Made by a program: the position numbers and the translations under genes. Below, in pieces: positions 7,127 through 16,492 of a stretch of DNA of 32,000 bases (within the stretch, counting starts at the first letter, position 1; each line of letters opens with the position of its first letter). Below the pieces are notes generated by a model that saw only the letters and a program-made list of their open reading frames with translations, did not search any database and was not told the origin of the DNA. The stretch lies in the NCBI RefSeq assembly GCF_000175255.2, contig NC_017262.1, positions 1,680,001 to 1,712,000 on the forward strand, given 5' to 3'. Source of the stretch: Zymomonas mobilis subsp. mobilis ATCC 10988 (GTDB lineage Bacteria; Pseudomonadota; Alphaproteobacteria; Sphingomonadales; Sphingomonadaceae).

Positions 7127-8506
7127 TTATTCCCGACCCGATGGGGTGGCGGATTTACCGGCTAGTGTCTCTTTTGTGATAGGAGAAGGTTGCCGACTAA
7201 TTCTGCCAATGGTTTTCAGCGCATAATCAAGCTGAAAATCCGTAATATTTTCTTTTTTCAGACTTTCTGGTGTCGCCGTAAACTGGGGATCGGTTTTACC
7301 GTTATCATCTTCCAGTAGACTATTGTCTGTATTAGCCTGATTTACAAGATGACGCAACAAATCTGCTTCGCGCAATTTGGGACGTGTTTTGTAATCAGGA
7401 TCAGAAAGCTGTGGCACAATAATATCCGGTTCGATTCCGCCTTCCTGAACGGATCGACCTGACGGGGTATAATAACGGGCAGTCGTCAGACGTAATGCCG
7501 TATCATCCCCCAAAGGCAGCAAAGTCTGAACCGAGCCTTTTCCAAAACTGCGGGTGCCCATAATCAAGGCGCGGTGATGGTCTTGCAAGGCACCAGAAAC
7601 AATTTCCGAAGCCGAAGCCGATCCACCATCGACTAACACAATCAATGGCAAGCCATTCGCCAGATCACCCGGTTTTGAAAAATAACGCCGGATATCGGTT
7701 TTTTCTCTGCCGCGTTCGGAAACGACTTCACCATGGTCGAGGAAGATATCGGAAAGGGCAACGGCCTGATCCAACAATCCACCGGGGTTAGAACGCAAAT
7801 CAAGAATATAGCCTAAAGGAGCGCCTTTATTCTGTTTTTCAATATTGGCGATGGCTTTGGTGACATCTGCCCCGACATTATGGGAGAAAGAACTGACCGT
7901 AATCACCCCGATATGATTGGTCACTGTCCATTTAACAGACTGAACCTGAATAATCTCGCGGGTCAAAGTGACATCAAATTCTTTGTCACGACCGGGGCGA
8001 ACTACGGTTAATTTGACTGATGTTCCGGGTTTTCCTCGCATTTTAGAAACCGAGTCATCAATATTGGAGCCATAAATAAATTGGCCATCAATATGGGTGA
8101 TATAATCGCCCGCTTTCAAACCGGCACGCCATGACGGAGTATCTTTCATCGGGCTGATGACTTTTAAAATACCATCCTGCGCCATCACGGTTAAACCCAA
8201 ACCGCCATAATTCCCATCGGCTTGGGTTTTGATATTCGCGAATTGATGGGCATTCATATAAGAACTATGGGGGTCAAGATTAGACAGCATCCCGTCAATC
8301 GCCCCTTGTATCAATTTTTGGTCATCAACCTTATCGACATAGCTGCTTTTGACCTGTTCAAAGACTCTCATAAACTGGTCAAGCTGATGATAGGTATCTT
8401 TATTCTGGCTATCGACCGCTGCCATGGAAGAGGTAAGCGCCGGAATCAACATACTCGTGCTGGCCAAAGCCATGAGAAGGGGAAGCCGTAATTTCTTTAT
8501 TTTCAT
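7127..8506 (-). CDS. ctpA: Carboxy-terminal processing protease (S41 peptidase with PDZ domain)
   Basis: 459 aa. Signal peptide, PDZ region (GLGLTV...AGLKAGDYITHIDG), S41 catalytic context (DGGSASASEIVSGALQD, FGKGSVQ). Confidence 0.92.
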   Translation of the reverse strand: MKIKKLRLPLLMALASTSMLIPALTSSMAAVDSQNKDTYHQLDQFMRVFEQVKSSYVDKVDDQKLIQGAIDGMLSNLDPHSSYMNAHQFANIKTQADGNYGGLGLTVMAQDGILKVISPMKDTPSWRAGLKAGDYITHIDGQFIYGSNIDDSVSKMRGKPGTSVKLTVVRPGRDKEFDVTLTREIIQVQSVKWTVTNHIGVITVSSFSHNVGADVTKAIANIEKQNKGAPLGYILDLRSNPGGLLDQAVALSDIFLDHGEVVSERGREKTDIRRYFSKPGDLANGLPLIVLVDGGSASASEIVSGALQDHHRALIMGTRSFGKGSVQTLLPLGDDTALRLTTARYYTPSGRSVQEGGIEPDIIVPQLSDPDYKTRPKLREADLLRHLVNQANTDNSLLEDDNGKTDPQFTATPESLKKENITDFQLDYALKTIGRISRQPSPITKETLAGKSATPSGRE

Positions 8507-8645
8507 CAGTCTTTACTTTGTCCATCCATGGCAGGCATTGCAGAATATCGCCCGTTTTTGTCGTCCAAATCTGGCCGATTGTTTCGTCAGCTTAAACGGC
8601 ATTTCGTAAAAAGGGGGTAAATTCGGGTTGATGACAAGGCCTTTA

Positions 8646-9833
8646 TTATGGCGTTTTTTCTTTTATATTATTTTCTTGTGCAGGCTCGCCCAAAAAATTG
8701 CAAGTCGGTCGATTATTTTGTCTGATAGCTTCTTTGATATCAGGCCATAAAGTCACAGTCTCGTCATGACGCCTTATCTGAAAACCAATTTCCGACGGGT
8801 GACCTGCCGTATAGCCAATAAGCTGCCTCTCTTCGACGGGCTGATTTGTCTTTACCGCGCTTTTATCAAGACCGGTTAATAGAGATATATAGCCATCTTT
8901 ATGTCTGATAATAACGACTTGCTTATAACTTCTGAAATCTCCAGCATAAAGTACAATACCCGATTGAGGCGCATATATTTCGGTATTTTTTTCAACCACA
9001 AGATAAAGCGCTTCTGCATCACTATTCGGGCTAATCCAGCCATTAACGGGTATATGCCAAGCTGCAAGCGGGAAGGGGCAAAAATTTTTGGGCGGAAGCG
9101 TCTTTCGCTTTTTCCCGTCGCTTTCTTTCAAAGCCTGTTCGGCTGCAATCGCGGCATCTTCCTGATACATGGCTTGTGATAGCCATGTTTCGGCTTGTGC
9201 CTGACCATTATGGGCAAGGGATAAAAAATATTGTCGTTTCTCTTCCAAGCTATTTTGATCTTTTTTGATGCGATCAATGACCTGTTCTTGCTGTTGATAC
9301 AGGCTGTTAATAGCGGCAATCCGTTTTACGACGCTCGTCGATTTTTGCTGAATAACCGGACGTGAGGCGGCGATAATCTCCCGTAAATGGACAATATCGG
9401 CGATATTATCCGGCTGAATAAAAATCATGAGAAAAGGATATCGCGCCATTCTTTCCAAAGCCGCTGCCAATTTCGTCAAAGGCGTTCGCTGTCTGGCTAG
9501 CTCTGATTGCTGTTCTTGGCGTTGGGCTTCTATTCTGGAGAGAACCGTTTTTTCTTTATCAATCTGTTTTTGAAGCCTTTGGATATCGGCAGCAAAAGGC
9601 AGCGCCTTTAATAGAAAATTTTGGGATTTTTTTTGAGCTAAAACGGCTTCTTCTTTTAACAGTCCCGCCTGTTTTCTCGCGTTCAATAATGCCCGATAGG
9701 ATGAAATGCCGGTGTCAGTGGTCTCGATAACAGCCGCACCGGCTTTTCCTATATTCAGGTCAAAACAACCCAACCAAAGGCAAAAAGCCAAAAAATATCG
9801 GCTTTTTCGGCTGTTGCGCCCTGACTCTGACAT
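8646..9833 (-). CDS. EnvC-like murein hydrolase activator (coiled coil plus degenerate LytM/M23 domain)
   Basis: 395 aa. Signal peptide, a long Gln/Glu-rich coiled-coil region and a C-terminal M23-like fold. The HxxxD and HxH metal ligands are missing (the corresponding region reads EIGFQIRRHD). The start overlaps the rlmH stop (TAATG). Confidence 0.75.
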   Translation of the reverse strand: MSESGRNSRKSRYFLAFCLWLGCFDLNIGKAGAAVIETTDTGISSYRALLNARKQAGLLKEEAVLAQKKSQNFLLKALPFAADIQRLQKQIDKEKTVLSRIEAQRQEQQSELARQRTPLTKLAAALERMARYPFLMIFIQPDNIADIVHLREIIAASRPVIQQKSTSVVKRIAAINSLYQQQEQVIDRIKKDQNSLEEKRQYFLSLAHNGQAQAETWLSQAMYQEDAAIAAEQALKESDGKKRKTLPPKNFCPFPLAAWHIPVNGWISPNSDAEALYLVVEKNTEIYAPQSGIVLYAGDFRSYKQVVIIRHKDGYISLLTGLDKSAVKTNQPVEERQLIGYTAGHPSEIGFQIRRHDETVTLWPDIKEAIRQNNRPTCNFLGEPAQENNIKEKTP

Positions 9834-10261
9834 TATCCTTCACGATGGTAAGGATGACCGGACAAAATCGCACTAGCGCGCCATAATTGTTCAGCCAACA
9901 TCGCCCGCGCCAACATGTGAGGCCATGTCGCCGCACCAAAGGCAAAATACATGTCGGCTGCTGCGCGTTCTTCTTCGCGCAGACCATCCGCTGCCCCGAT
10001 CAGAAAGCGGATTTCCGATCGGCCTTCATCTTGCCAATTGCCTATTTTCTGGGCGAATTCCATTGACCGCCAAGTTTTTCCTTTTTCATCCATCGCCACC
10101 GTTATCGAATGGGGTGGCGCAGGCGGTAAGGACGCATTACTTGCACGATCAGGCAATTCAGTGATCCGGTAAGGCCATGAAAGCCGCTTCATATAGCGTT
10201 CTACCAGTTCGCCTTCCGGCGATCGGCCAATACGCCCTCTGGCAATGATATGAATCTTCAT
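9833..10261 (-). CDS. rlmH: 23S rRNA (pseudouridine1915-N3)-methyltransferase RlmH
   Basis: 142 aa SPOUT-family protein (FLIGAADGL...SFGAATWPHMLARAMLAEQLWRA). Conserved position after rsfS. Confidence 0.9.
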   Translation of the reverse strand: MKIHIIARGRIGRSPEGELVERYMKRLSWPYRITELPDRASNASLPPAPPHSITVAMDEKGKTWRSMEFAQKIGNWQDEGRSEIRFLIGAADGLREEERAAADMYFAFGAATWPHMLARAMLAEQLWRASAILSGHPYHREG

Positions 10262-10332
10262 GGCCTTCTTTTCCGACCACAGGTTAAAAGGGATATTGTC
10301 ACAATCTTTAAAAAGATAATTTTAAAATATTA

Positions 10333-10734
10333 TTATGACAAAACAGATTGTGAAACCGGCTGGTCTGATTCATCACCAAAGCCCCACATTCTTTCGAGAT
10401 TATAAAAACTGCGGACTTCTGGACGGAAGAGATGGATAATAATATCTCCGGCATCCAACAATACCCAGTCAGCCGCAGGCAAACCCTCTATCTTGGAAAC
10501 ATAGCCGGTAGCGGCTTTAATGCGGTCGGCCAATTTCTGAGCCATCGCCGTTACCTGACGTGAAGAACGTCCGCTGGCGATTACCATATAATCGGCAATG
10601 CTGGATTTTCCGGCCAAAGGAATCGTAGCGATTTCCAAAGCCTGATCATCATCCAATGAATCAGTAACCAGTTTTAATAACATTTCCGGATCAAAAGACG
10701 TTTGATTTTTTCGGGGAGAAGAAGGGGCAGGCAA
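10333..10734 (-). CDS. rsfS: Ribosome silencing factor RsfS
   Basis: 133 aa (SIADYMVIASGRSSRQV...DWVLLDAGDIIIHLFRPEVRSFYNLERMW). TTG start at 10734, preceded by a strong AGGAGG (10739-10744) that overlaps the nadD stop. Confidence 0.9.
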   Translation of the reverse strand: MPAPSSPRKNQTSFDPEMLLKLVTDSLDDDQALEIATIPLAGKSSIADYMVIASGRSSRQVTAMAQKLADRIKAATGYVSKIEGLPAADWVLLDAGDIIIHLFRPEVRSFYNLERMWGFGDESDQPVSQSVLS

Positions 10735-10742
10735 TTTACCTC

Positions 10743-11378
10743 CTAGCTGATGGGTCGCCCTGTAACGGCATCTCGTAAGGCTTTGCCTGAGTAAGCTGCA
10801 TACCAGTCAGGACGGATTGCCCGCGTGGCTGTTGCAGAAGAGGGGTCAGGACGAAAGCGCAATAAGACAAGTGCCGGCGGCCTCCAATCAGTCCAATAAC
10901 GTGAACGGCTTGCGGGTCGGACAAATCGCCGCAGCCAGCTCATCGCCCTCACGGCGTGAACTCTGTTATCATAACTCGGACGGGCAATGACCGCAATCAC
11001 AACCATGCGTGCAATCTCTTGCCAGTTTTTCCATTTTTGAAATTGCTTTAAATTATCCATCCCCATCAGCCAGATAAACCGGCGATTAGGATAGCGACGG
11101 ATCAATCGCCGCAGAGTATCGACGGTAAAACGACAGTTCAATTCCCGCTCAATCGCGGTCACTCTGATCGGACTGCGGCGGGCAATATGATGGGCAGAGG
11201 CAAAACGATGCGGCAGAGAAGCCATATCAGACGTATGCGATTTTAACGGGTTACCGGGCGAAACCATCCACCATATTTCATCAAGAGCCAAAGATTTTTT
11301 AGCCCAGAGCGAAATATAGCGATGGCCTTTATGTGCTGGATTGAAAGATCCGCCCAGTAAACCGGTTAATTTTTTCAT
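10743..11378 (-). CDS. nadD: Nicotinate-nucleotide adenylyltransferase
   Basis: 211 aa. GGSFNPAHKGH nucleotidyltransferase motif. Conserved proA-nadD-rsfS order. Confidence 0.9.
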   Translation of the reverse strand: MKKLTGLLGGSFNPAHKGHRYISLWAKKSLALDEIWWMVSPGNPLKSHTSDMASLPHRFASAHHIARRSPIRVTAIERELNCRFTVDTLRRLIRRYPNRRFIWLMGMDNLKQFQKWKNWQEIARMVVIAVIARPSYDNRVHAVRAMSWLRRFVRPASRSRYWTDWRPPALVLLRFRPDPSSATATRAIRPDWYAAYSGKALRDAVTGRPIS

Positions 11379-11435
11379 CGAGGCAAAAGCCCGTTTTCAC
11401 GAATTGAACAATAAAGACCTAATCAAAGCCGTATC

Positions 11436-12767
11436 TTATGCCACAGGCCGAATTTGACCTGTCCCGCGCACCTGCCATTTATAGCTGGTCAAACCTTCAA
11501 GGGCGACGGGGCCTCTTGCATGAATGCGTCCGGTGGCAATGCCGATTTCTGCCCCTAAACCAAATTCGCCCCCATCGGCAAACTGGGTCGAGGCATTCCA
11601 CATCACAATAGCGGAATCGACACTGGCGAGAAATTTTTCTGCCACTTCGCGATTTTCGGTCAAAATGGCATCGGTATGACCGGAACTATAACGGGCGATA
11701 TGGGACAAGGCGTCATCCATATCATCGACAAAGCGGACTGATAAAACCGCGTCCAAATATTCTGTGCCCCAATCTTCTTCTGAAACCGTTCTTGCTTCGG
11801 GGTCGATTTTTTGGATTTCTGCTGTCCCACGAATTTCACAACCCGCGTTATGAAGGGCTTGAAGCAGTGATTTTACCTTTTCGACCGGATAACCCCGATC
11901 AATTAACAGGCTTTCGGTCGCGCCACAGATGCCGGTGCGTCTCATCTTGGCATTGACGACTACTTTTTCGACTTTTTCAGGATCGGCCTCTTTATGGACA
12001 TAGCTATGATTAATGCCATCAAGATGCGCCAAGACCGGCACACGTGCATCTTGCTGCACGCGGGCGACCAAGGATTTTCCACCACGCGGAATAACAAGGT
12101 CAATCAAACCGCTTGCTGTCAACATCGCCCCGACCAAGGCTCTATCCGTTGTCGGCACTAGTTGGATTGCCTCTTCCGGCAAACCGGCTTTTGCCAAGCC
12201 TTCGCGCATAGTTTGATATAGCGCCTTGTTACTGTGGATAGCTTCGGAACCCCCGCGCAAAATCGCAGCATTCCCAGACATTAAAGTCAGAGCGGCGGCA
12301 TCAATCGTCACATTAGGGCGACTCTCATAAATGATACCAATAACGCCAATCGGAACCCGAATACGGGTTAATTCAAGTCCGTTAGGGCGCGTCCGCTTGT
12401 CAATGATCTGACCTACTGGATCTTCCAGATGGGCAATAACTTCCAAAGCCGAAGCCATATTCTCAAGCCTCGCTTCGGTCAGACGTAAGCGATCGACCAT
12501 CGCAGAGGAAGATTGATTGTTTTCGGCGGTTGCCACATCTTGGGCATTCGCGGCCAAAATATCCGCCGAATGACGACGAATAGCGTCGGCGGTTAAAACC
12601 AAAGCCTCGGCTTTTTGCGCAGTCGGAGCCTGTGCTAAAATCTGACTGGCGAGGCGCGCTTTTTTCGCCATGCCTGCCATCATTTCTGTCGGGGTGGCTT
12701 GATCTATCTTATTGCCAGTCATTGTATCACTTCCGCCAAGGTCTTTATCAGACTTCAATGTATTCAA
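11436..12767 (-). CDS. proA: Glutamate-5-semialdehyde dehydrogenase (gamma-glutamyl phosphate reductase)
   Basis: 443-aa ORF with full-length ProA similarity (IYESRPNVT, catalytic-Cys context RTGICGATESLLI). The true start may be an internal Met (for example MTGNK at about 12722). Confidence 0.9.
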   Translation of the reverse strand: MNTLKSDKDLGGSDTMTGNKIDQATPTEMMAGMAKKARLASQILAQAPTAQKAEALVLTADAIRRHSADILAANAQDVATAENNQSSSAMVDRLRLTEARLENMASALEVIAHLEDPVGQIIDKRTRPNGLELTRIRVPIGVIGIIYESRPNVTIDAAALTLMSGNAAILRGGSEAIHSNKALYQTMREGLAKAGLPEEAIQLVPTTDRALVGAMLTASGLIDLVIPRGGKSLVARVQQDARVPVLAHLDGINHSYVHKEADPEKVEKVVVNAKMRRTGICGATESLLIDRGYPVEKVKSLLQALHNAGCEIRGTAEIQKIDPEARTVSEEDWGTEYLDAVLSVRFVDDMDDALSHIARYSSGHTDAILTENREVAEKFLASVDSAIVMWNASTQFADGGEFGLGAEIGIATGRIHARGPVALEGLTSYKWQVRGTGQIRPVA

Positions 12768-12772
12768 AAAAT

Positions 12773-13186
12773 TCAGGAATGGCTTGAGGATTCATTACAA
12801 GGATACCGTTTGTTCATCCCCTGAATATAGGCCTCGTTCACCGAAATATGGTCTCTATCTTCTTTTGGGATCGCATGCATGAAAGCCATGAAATCCTTGT
12901 CTTTGATAGAAATATCGGTCGATGGAGGACAGGCTGGCTTCGGGCTATGTTTAAGCTGCGCCTTCCATGCGTCATCAGCCGCTTCCCCGACATGACTCAG
13001 TAAATCAAAATCAGGGGACAGCAGGGCAAAAGGCCCTTTTTCTTTCAGATGCTTGGCTTTGTTTAAGAATTGCTGGACGCTCATCACAGAGGATGCCGCT
13101 GCGTCAGGGACATCGGCTGCGATCAAAGGCGAAGACAACAACAGCATGGCTGCCATCACGGGCAAGGAAAAAATCGAGCGAGGCAT
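12773..13186 (-). CDS. Hypothetical secreted protein (two Cys, no recognised family)
   Basis: 137 aa. Signal peptide (MAAMLLLSSPLIA/AD). It sits between the ftsH terminator and proA, with its stop 5 nt before the proA ORF start. I recognise no motifs. Confidence 0.55.
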   Translation of the reverse strand: MPRSIFSLPVMAAMLLLSSPLIAADVPDAAASSVMSVQQFLNKAKHLKEKGPFALLSPDFDLLSHVGEAADDAWKAQLKHSPKPACPPSTDISIKDKDFMAFMHAIPKEDRDHISVNEAYIQGMNKRYPCNESSSHS

Positions 13187-13242
13187 AATTTCTCTTCTAT
13201 AGAAGAAAATGGGGGAAAAGGGATGTAAAAAATAGTTTTTTG

Positions 13243-13276
13243 CAAAAAAGCCTGCTCCTTTTAACGGAAGCAGGCT
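13243..13276 (-). terminator. Intrinsic terminator after ftsH
   Basis: On the minus strand, AGCCTGCT pairs with AGCAGGCT (plus 13249-13256 and 13269-13276), extendable by CC/GG with one bulge, followed by TTTTTTG. Confidence 0.8.
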
Positions 13277-13312
13277 TTCTCATTGGTGAAAATTTTAAAG
13301 AGGCTATTTCGA

Positions 13313-15301
13313 TTAAGCGCCCTGCGGTGCGGCATTACCCCAGCCATTGAAAGGCGGGCTTTTCGGGACACCAGAGGCTCCACCGGAAAGCGGGATCGTT
13401 ACCTGCGGTTTGACCTCAATCGTCGTGATTTTCTCACCGGCGATAGCACGCTTGGCTTCTTCACCGCTCAAGGTTTCATATTCAATCAACGCGTTAGCTA
13501 AGCGATGCAGCTCATCAATATGCTCAGTCAAAACCTGACGGGCGCGGCTTTCGCCTTCTTCCACCAAAACTCTGACTTCTTGATCGATAATTTTGGCGGT
13601 GTCTTCCGAAATATTCTGGGAGCGTGAAACGCTGTGACCCAAAAAGACTTCGTCCTGATTTTCGCGATAACGCAACCAGCCCAGTTTGGGCGACATACCA
13701 TATTCGGTCACCATCGCCCGAGCCATATCGGTGGCCTGCTGAATATCATTGGAAGCACCGGTATTCAGTGAATCTTCACCATAAACAAGCTGTTCGGCAA
13801 TTCGACCACCAAAACACAAAGCCAATCTGGCTTTCATCTGTTTGATGTTGATCGAAAGTTGATCGCGTTCCGGCAAATTCCAAGTCACACCCAAAGCCCG
13901 ACCGCGCGGAATAACGGTGACTTTATGCAGCGGATCACATCCCGGAATATGCAAAGAGACCAAAGCATGTCCGGCTTCGTGATAGGCTGTTGACCGTTTT
14001 TCTTCTTCGGTCATGATAACAGAACGGCGTTCCGCGCCCATCATCACTTTGTCTTTGGCTTCTTCAAATTCGCTCATAGCGACCAAACGCTTACCCTTAC
14101 GGGCAGCTAACAAAGCCGCTTCATTTACGATATTGGCAAGATCAGCACCAGAAAAACCGGGCGTGCCTCGGGCAATAGTTCTAACGTCAACATCCGGTGC
14201 CAAAGGCGTTTTTTTCATATGAACCTGAAGAATTTTCAGGCGGCCTTCGATATCGGGACGAGGGACAATAACCTGTCTGTCGAAACGACCGGGACGTAAT
14301 AAAGCCGGATCAAGCACATCAGGACGGTTCGTTGCCGCCAAGATAATGATGCCTTCATTGGCTTCGAAACCGTCCATTTCAACCAAAAGCTGGTTCAAAG
14401 TCTGTTCGCGTTCGTCATTGCCGTTACCCAGACCGGCACCACGATGCCGTCCGACCGCATCAATTTCATCAATGAAGATGATGCAAGGGGCATTTTTCTT
14501 GGCCTGTTCGAACATGTCACGGACACGGCTAGCACCGACACCGACAAACATTTCAACAAAGTCAGAACCGGAAATTGAGAAGAAAGGCACACCGGCTTCA
14601 CCCGCAATCGCGCGGGCGAGCAAGGTTTTACCCGTTCCCGGAGGGCCTACCAGCAAAGCGCCTTTTGGAATTTTCCCACCTAAACGCGAGAAGCGGGTCG
14701 GGTCTTTCAGAAAATCGACGATTTCTTCCAGCTCTTCCCGAGCTTCTTCAATACCGGCAATATCTTTGAAAGTGACGCGGCCTTGTTTTTCAGTCAGCAA
14801 GCGCGCGCGGGATTTCCCGAATCCCATGGCACCGCCGCCGCCATTTTTTTGCATCTGACGAACGAAAAGAAAGCCCAAGCCGACAAACAGAATGAAAGGC
14901 AACAAAAATTGCGACAATAAAATCTGCCAAAAGCTGACAGTATCTTCCGGCAAGGCTCTGAAAGTGACATTTTTACTTTGCAGACGTTGAACCAGCAAAG
15001 GATCACTCGGTGCCACCGTTTTGAAGGCGGAATTATCGGTAAAATGACCGCTTAATTCATCATGTCCGATAGTAACGTCTTTTACACCGTTATTATCAAC
15101 CCGATTCAGAAATTCTGAATAGGCGACACTGGTCGTATTGTGGTCACGTCCACCATTGCCATCAAAGAAAGTGACCGCCAAAGTCATCGCAGCGATGATA
15201 CCGCCTCCAATAAGAAGCGTTTTCATCCAGTTATTAGCCTGCGGGTCTTGGGGGGTCTTATTATTGTCGTTCATAGCCATATAGTATATTAAGCCTTTCA
15301 T
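13313..15301 (-). CDS. ftsH: ATP-dependent zinc metalloprotease FtsH
   Basis: 662-aa ORF. Two N-terminal TM segments, AAA+ Walker A GPPGTGKT, Walker [12 protein letters not shown] region and the zinc motif HEAGHA. The start could instead be ATG 15277 or 15271. Confidence 0.95.
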
Positions 15302-15447
15302 CGGACATCTGTCCGGCAGGGAAGCTCCCTGTTTAAAGGATCATACAACAGCGCTTTTTAATAAAGACTGAAGACGACCGGCGCCTCTAATATCCTCAAC
15401 ATAAGCGTTGTTGCGCTGATAACAATGACCCAAATTTCAATCTTATG

Positions 15448-16437
15448 TTATAAAACTGCTTTTTTGCGCGGCGGTGCCCTATAAAAACGCCAATATTCTC
15501 CCCCTTGGCCAATGACATCGGCCAGCATCACTTTTTTACCCTGCTGTAAAGAGCGGATAAAACGTGACAAAGCAGAGCCTCTTAGCGCGGTATTGCCTGT
15601 TATTGTTTCCATAGCGCGCAACACCAAACGCCGCAGAATTTCGATCGGCAGTTCGGTCGGATCAAGATAAAGGACTTCACCTTTCTTTCGGATACGGGCG
15701 GCGGCTTCTTTGGCGGTTATCCATTCAATCGCTTCTTCCGATTGCTGGCAATAGCGTGCCGCTTCGGCAATATGTTGGCGATTAATCCAAGGCGAGGCTT
15801 TTAACAATCTTCTAAAATGGGTGCGGTCATAATGCGGATTGTCATTGGATGGATCGCTGACAAAGGTAAAACCGGCCTTTTCAACAATCTCTGCCAATGC
15901 CGATCGGGTAAACCCTAATAATGGCCGTAACAGGCGTAATTTTTGCCCTTCTGCCGTGATAACAACGTCAGGCCGGATAGCAGCTAACCCGTTAAGACCG
16001 CTGCCTCTCGCTGCCCGCATCAGAAAAGTTTCGGCCTGATCGTCGGCATGATGGGCGGTCATCAAAGCACCGACATTTTTCTCTTTCGCCCATTCTGCCA
16101 TCAAAGCATAGCGCCGGATACGGGCAGCCGCTTGCATCCCTTCGCCATTAGCTTCGATCTTGGTCGTCAATATCTGATGGGGAACGCCAATTTGTTGGCA
16201 AATTTGGGCAACAAAACGGGCTTCTTCGGCGGCTTCTGGGCGCATACCATGATCGACTGTGACCGCCTCAACCGGAAAATCGCTCACTGCTCCCAAAAGT
16301 AACAGAGCAAGGCTATCGCTGCCGCCAGATACCGCGATGCCTAGCTTTCCAGATAAAGGCGAAGATAAAATTCCCTTGATGGCTTCGTTAAAAAGACGAA
16401 GCTCAGGCAGCAAGAGGCTTCTTAATTCACCTTTCAC
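15448..16437 (-). CDS. tilS: tRNA(Ile)-lysidine synthase
   Basis: 329 aa. PP-loop motif SGGSDS (GIAVSGGSDSLALLLL). Conserved position between cpoB/ybgF and ftsH. Confidence 0.9.
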   Translation of the reverse strand: MKGELRSLLLPELRLFNEAIKGILSSPLSGKLGIAVSGGSDSLALLLLGAVSDFPVEAVTVDHGMRPEAAEEARFVAQICQQIGVPHQILTTKIEANGEGMQAAARIRRYALMAEWAKEKNVGALMTAHHADDQAETFLMRAARGSGLNGLAAIRPDVVITAEGQKLRLLRPLLGFTRSALAEIVEKAGFTFVSDPSNDNPHYDRTHFRRLLKASPWINRQHIAEAARYCQQSEEAIEWITAKEAAARIRKKGEVLYLDPTELPIEILRRLVLRAMETITGNTALRGSALSRFIRSLQQGKKVMLADVIGQGGEYWRFYRAPPRKKAVL

Positions 16438-16492
16438 CAGAAACTCCTGAAATCAAAATAGCGTTTTATTCCCTAACCCAAAAAGGAAAGCC

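Noticed and set aside
14346-14858. 170-aa ORF antisense to ftsH, and similar long antisense ORFs (21992-22594 against NMO, 16947-17339 against cpoB, 23277-23639 against ptsP, 2345-2710 across the dsbA-like start).
   Set aside because: All lie fully inside or across confidently identified genes on the other strand. They have low-complexity, Ser/Arg/Pro-rich translations typical of antisense frames and show no recognisable domains.
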